Shown: positions 1 through 8,667, numbered from the stretch's first letter. The stretch: DNA of 12,550 bases from an uncultured Nitrososphaeraceae archaeon (GCA_963765895.1 CAVXZB010000049.1:1-12550); one strand, 5' to 3'. Notes: generated by a model from the sequence alone, not told the origin. Program-made: numbers and translations.

Positions 1-2
1 TG

Positions 3-116
3 GGATTTATACCACCAATCTTTGAAATGCAGAAAATTATCAAGGAAATCTCCTCAGCAATGACCGAATTTTGTATCTCAGCATATCAAAATGAAATAGG
101 TTCATCCAATTCTTGA
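3..116 (+). CDS. Possible 3' end of an upstream gene (GFIPPIFEMQKIIKEISSAMTEFCISAYQNEIGSSNS*)
   Basis: Frame is open from the window edge to TGA at 114-116; no recognisable motif. Confidence 0.25.
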   Translation, partial: GFIPPIFEMQKIIKEISSAMTEFCISAYQNEIGSSNS

Positions 117-216
117 TCCGAGCTATTAATAGAAAGTACGTAATATAATAAACACAACCTCTTTTTTGACCATACATTCATACTATCATGAGGCGCGCTA
201 ATTGCTAAAAATATCT

Positions 217-522
217 ATACAACTTATTAACCGTGAAGAGCAAGGTAAATTGATATCTCAAACAAGTGGCGCTATTTTGATGATCAATGAATCAAATTAA
301 AGGATAAGATCAACATCTAGTAACAAAACTTATACCGTCACTGCAATCCAATCTGTATGGGTTTGTTCATGTCCAGATTATGCGCGCCACAATGCCAAGT
401 GCAAACATGTATATGCAGTTGAATTTTATCGCAGTCAAAATGAATATGATGACAATGAATTATATACCCAAATAACACGTTCTATAGACAAGAGATATTG
501 GAAATCTTCCTTTTTCACTTGA
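217..522 (+). pseudogene. SWIM zinc-finger protein remnant, resembling the N-terminus of thaumarchaeal DDE/IS6-like transposases
   Basis: Manual translation: IQLINREEQGKLISQTSGAILMINESN*RIRSTSSNKTYTVTAIQSVWVCSCPDYARHNAKCKHVYAVEFYRSQNEYDDNELYTQITRSIDKRYWKSSFFT*. Contains the SWIM pattern YTV...W-x-CSCPD-x7-CKH. In-frame TAA at 298-300; start is ATA (217); no DDE domain follows. Not in the ORF track. Confidence 0.75.
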
Positions 523-958
523 TCCTGTAGTATGCCCACACAATAGATATAATACTATTAGTTTTCTAGCTAACCATTTCTGATGCTGTTTCTAATTTTT
601 GACCCAATAGCATTCCAGTATGTTCTACCTTAGATTGGAAATTATATAATAATACAATTACAAGACTTTTGTGCAATAAATTTGGAGTTACTAAATTGCA
701 CACTAACAAAGGAAGTGTATTAACATTTAGTCCAGATAAATTAGAAGAATAATCAGATCATATAATGAAGAGATCAAGGTAAATACTACGCTCAAAAGCG
801 TTATGGAAAGCGAACATAGCGAGTCTAAAATGTCTTGACGTTATGAGAATAACGTAAATCCAGACCATCATGGTAACGACAGTGATGGCTGTGACAGCGT
901 CTAGAAGTAGTGCCCATGATGTTTATGATAGTGATCTCACTGTAGTGAATACATCAAA

Positions 959-1190
959 TCAGCCGCCGATATTAGTGCCACCGTTTCCGCCTACGCCGCT
1001 GTCTCCACCTAGACCGCCAACTCCTCCGCTAGCGCCGTTGTTTGTGTTGTACCCTGCTGACCGCGATGATTTGCTCCGTTATGACCTTGCGTCACTGCTA
1101 TTGCTGGTTGTTCTATTGACGCTACAATGGTAACTGACTGACGGTGATTGCTGCAAATGCAATTACAGCCATTAATATCGATTTGTTCAT
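959..1190 (-). pseudogene. Small secreted glycine-rich protein, two frameshifts
   Basis: Reconstruction: MNKSILMAVIAFAAITV / SVTIVASIEQPAIAVTQGHNGANHRGQQGT / TNNGASGGVGGLGGDSGVGGNGGTNIGG*. Signal peptide followed by GGxGG repeats. ATG at 1190, TGA at 959-961, TATA box at 1211-1218. Confidence 0.65.
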
Positions 1191-1210
1191 CGATTTAATT
1201 ATCTTTCAAA

Positions 1211-1218
1211 AATATAAA
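1211..1218 (-). promoter_or_regulatory. Archaeal TATA box (TTTATATT) for the Gly-rich gene
   Basis: Ends 21 nt before the ATG at 1190, the same spacing as at three other starts in the window (leaderless-type geometry). Confidence 0.5.
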
Positions 1219-1394
1219 GATTACACTGGACACTATTTTAACAAATTGTCTAAAAAGGGTCAATAATAGTTACGAATCCCGCATTAGGAAAATACCATGT
1301 TAAATAAATTTCTAGGAATTTGCTCCTCGCTTCTTCAAAAATACAAACTCGCGCCATCACGTTCTCAAAGATCGTTTTGAATCTAAAATTCCAA

Positions 1395-2269
1395 TCAACC
1401 AACGGAGGCAAACGCACCCCCTCCGTCATGTGATGCAAACGCACCACCATCAGACGTTATAGAAATGCCGCATCATCCCCGTTATCGTTATCAGATCCGT
1501 GATAATGGCTATATCCGTGATTGTTGTCTCCGAAATTCTCGATTATTACTCGAAGAGATAATAATTGTGCTTCCATCTTCCTCATTACGATGATGAGTGC
1601 TTCCGTGATGGCCAACATTGTGACGGCCGTCGCCTCCACTATGATTATTATAAGCGTATGATTTGATGACGATGATTTTTGGTGGTCGTTATTATAGTGA
1701 GCATTGTCATTGTTACCATTGTCGTTACTACTATGGTAACTACTATCTTCATTGTAATTATTACCGTTATCCGCATCCGATGATGATCCATGGGAGCCAG
1801 AGTCGCTTTGGCCAGTACTGCTAGCGGGATCCTGTGAAGCTGCAGGAGTAATAGGTTGATAGTGTGCTAGCGAAACAGGCTGCACCAGACTATAAGAGTT
1901 AGTTAGGTTATTTGTGCTCGTTCCTAACGTTGGAATACTGTTCATACCTCCGTTATCAAATTTGCTCGAGTAATGCAAGACAGTTGGAGTAATGGGGTGG
2001 TAATGAGCAAGAGGCTGTAGGTTGTATCTCGTTTGAAGTCGAATTGTTTCGACTATCGGCCACTTTAGATGGTTCGTTAGCTCGGTAATCTCCTTTATAG
2101 TTTGGTAGATACCGGGTTCTTCTGCGCAAAAGCATATTTGTTGAAAGTGAGTATAGGGAAGACATTTAACGACAAACTCAAAGAAGATATTGAAGATTAG
2201 CAATGCTAACACTATCGTAGCCAGTTTTTAAATTGGTACTATAATTTGAATACAAAGAATGTTGCTCAA
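1395..2269 (-). pseudogene. Secreted low-complexity His/Asn/Asp/Gly/Ser-rich protein (about 290 aa), multiply frameshifted
   Basis: Joining frames gives MSNILCIQIIVPI*KLATIVLALLIFNIF / LSLSLNVFPILTFNKYAFAQKNP / YLPNYKGDYRANEPSK...NEIQPT / PLAHYHPITP...VQPVSLAHYQPITP...HYNNDHQKSSSSNH / AYNNHSGGDGRHNVGHHGSTHHRNEEDG... / FGDNNHGYSHYHGSDNDNGDD / GISITSDGGAFASHDGGGAFASVG*. Signal cleavage at AFA-Q. Indels near 2181, 2113, 2015, 1657, 1534 and 1470. Start is TTG 2269 (fits TATA spacing) or ATG 2276. Confidence 0.6.
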
Positions 2270-2288
2270 TCCGCATGAATGGCTCTCA

Positions 2289-2296
2289 AATATAAA
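2289..2296 (-). promoter_or_regulatory. Archaeal TATA box (TTTATATT)
   Basis: Same octamer as 1211-1218; ends 20 nt before TTG at 2269. Confidence 0.45.
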
Positions 2297-2371
2297 AATA
2301 ATCAGTACCTTAGAATCTGGAAAAAAGATTCTATATGAATACAAATGTCTCGTGACGGCCAATCCATTTAG

Positions 2372-2530
2372 CCAGCTGGCAGATGTTATGCCGATGAAGC
2401 ATCCAATATTATCAGGGAATGGCTAGACAGATGTCGTAACCTGAGGCGACTGGACTTTAGTCCTAACAACACTATCAAACACAATATTAATTCCGCAGAG
2501 AGGGCTGCCTGGAGATTTGAACCAACATAA
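2372..2530 (+). pseudogene. Fragment resembling the C-terminal PriX-like (primase non-catalytic subunit) domain
   Basis: Translation: PAGRCYADEASNIIREWLDRCRNLRRLDFSPNNTIKHNINSAERAAWRFEPT*. The EA-x-NII-x-EWLD-x-C-x2-LRRLDF pattern matches my recollection of Nitrososphaerales PriX-domain proteins. No start codon; both ends of the domain are missing. Confidence 0.6.
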
Positions 2531-2531
2531 A

Positions 2532-2834
2532 TCATTGTGTTTGCTTTTGTAACTGTTCACATTCGGATACTTTAGCAACCAATTCATTTATCATCTTTTG
2601 CTGCTGCAATATAAGGAGCACAAATAACGATTTATCTGAATAGTATTGACCTTTGGAGCTAACAGCTCTGACGTAGTCTTTATTTTGTCCACATTCAGAA
2701 AGCATCTTATTAAAGAGAACTGCACTCTCTTCCCTTAGAGCATATCTAAAGTCTTTCCATAGTCGATCTCTTTAGTTAAGATATCTACGCTTGCCATTTT
2801 CACTTTGTTCATCTTGGGATACCCCGATTATCAT
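2532..2834 (-). pseudogene. Small alpha-helical thaumarchaeal protein resembling the PolB2-operon-associated family (arCOG08101-like), frameshifted
   Basis: (MNKVKMAS)VDILTKEID / LWKDFRYALREESAVLFNKMLSECGQNKDYVRAVSSKGQYYSDKSLFVLLILQQQKMINELVAKVSECEQLQKQTQ*. One base is missing near 2761. Start is ATG 2812 or 2834; TGA at 2532-2534. The W-x2-F-x2-ALR-x-E-x4-F motif was recognised from memory. Confidence 0.65.
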
Positions 2835-3313
2835 CTTGAGTTTACATTCTTTTTAGCAATAGAGTCGCAAACGGAGAGGCCTGGGAGTCTTGTATATTCA
2901 CCGAAATATACCACGTATTATTTCGTGAGCGTGATCTCCATTTGGTCAGAATTAGTTTTAAGGTTTAACCTAAGAAGACAGCAGAATGCCTTGCTATAGG
3001 TAAGACGTGCCGCTGGTCGACTAATTGCATCCAGGATACCCAGCATAGTTTTGAATTCTATTATAACTTTAGCATTATGCATTGTTTAATACATATATAA
3101 TTATCCTCAATCCTTCTTTAGGTTAGAAAATGGCTCGCGTATCTTGGGTGTCACAGGATTCAATTCTATAGACATAGCCTTGCAATTTTGATTGATAGTA
3201 TCAACCCCCAATCGATACGGATTTAGGAGGGGAAGTCTGACGGAATATTAAGTGCGCGCCTGTTCACGTTGTCCCATCTATCAATATTTCATTCGATCTT
3301 AAAAGTGTCATAG

Positions 3314-5017
3314 TCACTCGCAATTTGCTGTCTTTGTATCAACACCGGGCTGGAAGTCTGTAATTGTGTCAGTACCTGCACCACAATTAAAGTGATCTCT
3401 ACCTGGACCGCCAGTAAGGATATCATTACCATTACCTCCATATATTTGGTCGTTGCCAGAATCGCCTTGTATCACATCATTTCCTGTGTCTCCATTCAGA
3501 ATATCATTTCCCTGACTCCCTGCAATACGATCGTCTCCGTTACCACAGTTAATAATGTCAGACCCATTGCATCCATTTACTCCGTCATTTCCACCTCGGC
3601 CATTAATGATATCAACACCTGGACTTCCTATTAGGGTGTCATCTCCATTTGTACGCGTTATAATCCTGCCAGTTCTGCTGTTACTAACACATGAACTATC
3701 TGGGGGTGGAGTAGGGGTAGTTACTTGCCAAGTGAATGATACAGAAGGTTCTCGAAGTGCTGTACTATCAGTAGCCCTAAAGTGGAGCTGTATGCTGTCC
3801 AAAACCTAAATTACTGTAGACAATAGGACTGGAACAGCCTGAAAATGGAGAGTTATCTAGGCTGACATTGTAGTGTTATGGCGTGCATCCTCCAGAAGTA
3901 GTTACTTGAAATGTTATTTTGTTAGATGTGATTGAGCCTCCGTTTGATACTGGGTTATTATTTCCATCGATAGCGGAAGATATTATAGTGCTTGGAGGAG
4001 CCGGAGGTGTAGTAGAGATCACGGAGACAGTATTTCCGGGTGCTTCATTAGTCTGATAATTAGTCACATAAACATTCCGATGTCCTGAGTCATATACCGG
4101 AGTAACTGGTCCTGAACCCACGTTGACAGTACCTATGACTTGATTGTCAGACCCATTAATTATAGAGACATAATTTCCGCCGTGAACACCTACGTAAATA
4201 TCACCATTATCTGGATCATAGCCTACACCACTTGGGTCTGATCCTACTGTTATTGTATTTGTTACGCTATTCGTTGAAGTATCAATAACAGATACAACTT
4301 GTGTGTCATGGTTTGTCTGCAAATATGTTCCCATTAGCTGAATCATATGTGAGAAATACCGGGTTTGGCACATTTGACACAGTATCTACTACTGTCCTAG
4401 ATGCCCCATTTATTACTGATATCGTAGCTGAACCTCGATTAGGTATGTACATTAGTCCATTATCTGGATCAAATACTCCCTGTTTTGGATCTCCGCCAAC
4501 CGTTATGGTATCTACGACTGCTCTGGTTGCTCCATCTATTACTGAAACAGTTCCACTGCCTGCATTAACTGCATATACCTGGTCGTTAACAGGATCTTAA
4601 GTCACTCCATCCACTATTGATCCACTGCTTTGTACCGTGTCAATTACATCGTTAGTTGCTGCATCTATTACAGATAATGTATTTGAATATACATTTGCTG
4701 TATAAATGTAATTACGCTTTGTATCAATAGCAAGTTCACGTGGAGTATAATTATTTGGTAGATGAATAGTTGTAAGTGCACTATTAGACGCTGTATCAAT
4801 TACAGACACCGTACTGGAAGCAATATCTGCAGTATACACATGACCTGTAATTGGATGAAAAATCGCGCCATAAGGGCCTGTACCTACAGTTATAGTAGCA
4901 ATCACAGAATCTGCTTATAATAATAGATGATAACAAAGGATTAACTACCGAGAAAATAGTAGCTAGTACACAGAGAATTAAAGCAAGCGTCAACGACTTT
5001 ATAGGCTTCATAGTCAA
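3314..5017 (-). pseudogene. Cell-surface protein (about 566 aa): signal peptide, 7-bladed YVTN beta-propeller, Ig-like domain, RTX Ca-binding repeats; split by 3 frameshifts and 2 TAA stops
   Basis: ORFs 4796-5017, 4597-4905, 3876-4373 and 3314-3802 join with unannotated linking frames (DPVNDQVYAVNAGSGTVSVIDG...LTYDSANGNIFA and HYNVSLDNSPFSGCSSPIVYSNLGFGQHT) into one gene. Seven blades of the type YDPxNGxIYVxN...TVSVID. +1 indels near 4916, 4317 and 3788; TAA at 4597-4599 and 3876-3878. Confidence 0.9.
3362..3658 (-). repeat. About 11 hemolysin-type (RTX) GGxGxDxUx nonapeptide repeats
   Basis: RTNGDDTLI GSPGVDIIN GRGGNDGVN GCNGSDIIN CGNGDDRIA GSQGNDILN GDTGNDVIQ GDSGNDQIY GGNGNDILT GGPGRDHFN CGAGTDTIT. 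Confidence 0.9.
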
Positions 5018-5036
5018 AAAACAAGTTTACCACTAT

Positions 5037-5044
5037 ATATTTAA
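5037..5044 (-). promoter_or_regulatory. TATA box (TTAAATAT) of the YVTN/RTX gene
   Basis: Ends 20 nt before the TTG at 5017. Confidence 0.5.
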
Positions 5045-5393
5045 CGTAGAGGTAGTATGTTATAGAAAGCTCCCAATTATACTTGCATCAATCATAATTT
5101 TAAGTAATAATGTACTTGATTGAAGTGATGGCTAATTTTCCATTTTAAGGTAACACGCATCAAAATACTGTATAAAAGAGGATGACTCTTGCATCTTTTA
5201 TGTATAATATGGTCGAATAATATGCCACAATGTGACGTTTTTAGAGTTCGACTTTTATGACCATTTCGTTAATAGATAATATAATAATAAATATCGGCGG
5301 AAGATAGAAAATTAGTATTGCGGGTTCTTAAAGATAATCTTCTAAATTTAATTTTAATACTGAATTGTCAATAATTCATCCAAGATGCACCTT

Positions 5394-5421
5394 GAGGTCA
5401 GTCATTTAATAAGTTGACCTC
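5394..5421 (+). promoter_or_regulatory. Inverted repeat GAGGTCA-N14-TGACCTC bracketing a TATA-like TTTAATAA; candidate hsp20 operator/promoter
   Basis: Perfect 7-bp arms at 5394-5400 and 5415-5421, TTTAATAA at 5405-5412, about 45 nt before the hsp20 start. Confidence 0.45.
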
Positions 5422-5464
5422 TATGTGACAACCTTTATTTTGTCCTTTATCGACTCAAAAACAG

Positions 5465-6043
5465 TTGAGACTGAACCACTGGAATCGAGATATAGAAAGA
5501 TGGATGGATATTTTCTCAGATGACGAAGCTGATTCAATAGGACTAGAATTAGTAAGGCAATTTGACTACTTGACGAAGAAATTCTACGGTATCCTTGATG
5601 ATGATCTGAATGAGTCGGTCGTAGACTCGCAACTGCAAATGGTCATTAGAAGTGAAATCTTTAGAGAGGAGGTGGTTGTTCTAAAACGTGATTCTTATTC
5701 TGATGTCAGACCAAAACAAAGGAAAGTCAGAAGGAAAATCGAACCAATACCCATACCTTCTAAGGGTCGCATTGACAAGACCCTTAGGTCTGGAAAAGGC
5801 ACTTCTGAAGATGTAGTTGCATCTGACAAGAAGGTCAAAGTGGTATTACAACTTCCTATTAACAATAAGAAAGAAAATATCAAGGTTGTTGCGAATGATG
5901 ATTACTCAGTTACAATTTCTCATCTGAATTATGAGGGAAAACGATGCACCAGTACCCTGGATATTCCGTATGACATCGAATTCGAGACTGCCAAAGCGAC
6001 ATATAAGAATGGAATACTAGAGGTTATATTCAACAGACAATAA
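5465..6043 (+). CDS. hsp20: Small heat-shock protein, Hsp20/alpha-crystallin family (divergent)
   Basis: C-terminal alpha-crystallin domain: DVVASDKKVKVVLQLP-x2-NKKENIKV...LDIPYDIEFETAKATYKNGILEVIF, with the A-x-YKNGILEV signature. Intact ORF; start is TTG 5465 or ATG 5504. Confidence 0.9.
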   Translation: MRLNHWNRDIERWMDIFSDDEADSIGLELVRQFDYLTKKFYGILDDDLNESVVDSQLQMVIRSEIFREEVVVLKRDSYSDVRPKQRKVRRKIEPIPIPSKGRIDKTLRSGKGTSEDVVASDKKVKVVLQLPINNKKENIKVVANDDYSVTISHLNYEGKRCTSTLDIPYDIEFETAKATYKNGILEVIFNRQ

Positions 6044-6191
6044 ATACGTTGATACCAGTTAACTCTTTGTCTTTCCAGATGTTCACCTATGTATCTAAAC
6101 TGGAAAGATGATGCGGAATGTCGACTTTTTAAAAAGAGAGATACTAAATAAATATTAGCCATTCTTGTAATCTCATGTTATCGAGTGAAAA

Positions 6192-8451
6192 GTGGTAAAC
6201 TTAGTTACTGAACGGAACAGACCTCAACCTCAACAATACTTCAGCCATCCTTTGATAAAAAAGGATAGTATTGAATTTAGATTATATCAAAATAACATAT
6301 TTGAGTCTATCAAAAATAAGAACGCCCTAGTAATTCTTCCAACTGCTCTGGGTAAGACTATTATCGCAATACATGTTTGTGCAGAATTTTTGTATAATTA
6401 CAAGTCAAAGAGAGTCTTGATAATGGCTCCGACCAAACCGCTTGTATCCCAACATATGACATCATTTTTATCAGTGCTGAAGATACCTGAATATAGCATA
6501 ACAGTAGTTACAGGAAAGAACTCCCCTCAAACTAGAAGGGCCATCTGGAATCAAAAAGAGTTAAGACTTGTTTTTGCTACACCTGAGGTAGTCAAAAACG
6601 ACCTCGTAGAGAAAAGGTTATCACTTGGTGAGTTTAGCTTACTAGTCTTTGATGAAGCTCATAGGGCTGTAAAGGACTATGCCTATACTTTAATAGCCAA
6701 GTACTATGTTCAGCAATCTTCACATCCTGTAATTCTGGCAATGACAGCAAGCCCAGGATCAGAAAGAGGCAAGATTGAGGAAGTCTGTAATAACTTATCC
6801 ATTGAAAAGATTGAATATAGGAATGAAGATGATTCAGATGTAAAACAGTATATCAATACTATCGATACCACTTGGAAATGGTTTACTATTCCTCAGGAGT
6901 ACAAATATATTAGTACAAGTCTTCGTGCCATGCTTGAAGACAAACTTGAGGTTCTTATAAAAAGAGGGCTGCTGATTAAAAAACATCCAAAGTGGATATT
7001 TAAAAGCGATCTTCTTAAACTAGGAGAAGAGATCCAGTATAAAATAAATTCAAGCCAGGAAGAACTAAGAGGATCACTTTATTCAGCCTTGATCCAACAG
7101 TCGTCAGCCCTTACCCTTATGTACTGTGCAGAACTTATAGAAAGCCAAGGATCTGCATCATTAAAAGCATTTTTAGAAAGGATTGCAAGGGACGGCGGTA
7201 AGGCTCATCAATCCCTGCTTAATGATAATAGAATAAAAGAGATTCAGGCACTTTTAAACAGTCTAAAGATAGAGCATCCTAAAACAAAATATCTTGTAGA
7301 GATATTAAAGCAAAATTATGCTTCTGGTGATAGTAACAATACTAATTCAATTATTAGAAAATCCTCTGACCAAACTAGCAAGAGACCAAGGGCTCTTGTG
7401 TTTACTCATTATAGAGATACTGCAAGAAAGGTCGTCGAAATTTTGACTGAAAATGGGATACAAGCATCAAGATTTGTAGGCCAGGCAAAAAGAGAGCTAG
7501 ATATTGGGATGGACCAAGTTGAACAATCTGCTGTACTTGAATCCTTCAGAGATGGAGAATTTGATGTCCTAGTAGCGACTTCCATTGCTGAGGAAGGACT
7601 TGATATCCCACAAGTAGATCTAGTTGTATTTTATGAACCAATACCTAGTGAGATAAGATATATACAGAGAAGGGGAAGAACTGGACGAAAATCATCTGGT
7701 AGGGTCATAATACTTGGCAGCAAAGGATACTATTGACGAACGGTATCTTTTTGCAAGCAAGAGACGTATGGAGAAGATGAAACAGATACTTTCTACCATC
7801 AGCATGACGCTCAAACCTGTTCAGAGAGCAGGGATCCCAACAGATCCCATGACAGCTGACGAGATATCATCTTTTGAATCCAAGCGTACAACATTAGGCA
7901 AAGGAGCTGATAAAATGCTATCATCCCCTATGGACAATATAAAAGATGACGATGTGATGGAGAAGGGGATGCAAAAAAATAAGGAAAGAGACAGATTGCT
8001 CTCGCCTGGTTCTCACACCTTTACTAATGGATTTAGAAAAGCTGTGGATTCTGCAGCGAGGAGAATTCATACATTAATAGCAAAGAGTGGAAGACAAGGG
8101 TTAAATTTAGATACAATTCAAGAGACCTTTGCATTTGAAGATTCTGTTTTACTAGAAGCATTAAAGAAGCTTGCAAAACTTCATACTATACAATGGCTTG
8201 ATGGTACTAGAGTTATCCTCTCCGAAAATTTGGTAAAGATCACTGGCAGCAAAATTGATGTATACGTTGAAAAAGTAATACCTGGTGGAGCATTAGTTAT
8301 AGTAAATGAAAAATGGCATGCTAGATTAAATCACTATGATTATGAAGGTCCACGAGAATTACTTAGAAAAGGATCGGAATTCAAAGTCGTAGGCGAACTA
8401 TATCATGATGAAGGAGTGTTCAGTCTTAGAATAAAAGGTCTAACCTACTAG
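6192..8451 (+). CDS. hef: Hef/FANCM/Mph1-family SF2 DEAH helicase (about 752 aa), single +1 frameshift at about 7712-7728; C-terminal wHTH-like and OB-like domains
   Basis: Q motif FRLYQ; motif I LPTALGKT; Ia APTKPLVSQH; II DEAH (FDEAHRAV); III TAS; IV VFTHYRDT; V ATSIAEEGLDIP; VI QRRGRTGR; helical insertion between the RecA domains. ORF 7714-8451 continues the conserved post-motif-VI segment (VIIL / AAKDTIDERY). Confidence 0.92.
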
Positions 8452-8667
8452 CGTAGATTCCAATTTATTGAACGTTGCGCTCACCGCTAGTATATAGATA
8501 TCAGTTAAGAGTAAATCGAAAAATGTAGCTTGAATTATAGCAGAACTGGTACAGAATTCGTGTTTTACGTCTGTAATGCTGTTCATGCCTTCCAAGGCTG
8601 TCTATTATCATTTGTTAAGTTAAAATAAAGAAGTCCTGCTAGATATTTACCTAAGTCATAGACAACA

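Noticed and set aside
870-1133. Pro-rich plus-strand ORF (87 aa)
   Set aside because: Antisense shadow of the Gly-rich minus-strand gene: GGN codons read as Pro on the other strand.
1457-2212. 251-aa ORF taken as the real protein, with an apparent hydrophobic segment (LIIIIVEATAVTMLAITEALIIV)
   Set aside because: It is a mosaic of correct and shifted frames. The hydrophobic stretch is the out-of-frame reading of the His/Asn/Gly-rich segment. ORFs 1956-2165 and 1250-1450 are also partial or out-of-frame pieces.
2805-3300. ORF 2805-2999 and short frames up to 3300
   Set aside because: No motif or coding bias that I can support; partly antisense to the 2532-2834 gene.
3392-4600. Plus-strand ORFs 3392-3634, 3555-3809 and 4301-4600
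   Set aside because: Antisense shadows of the repetitive YVTN/RTX gene.
5695-6162. Minus-strand ORFs 5695-5883 and 5929-6162
   Set aside because: Antisense to hsp20 with no recognisable features.
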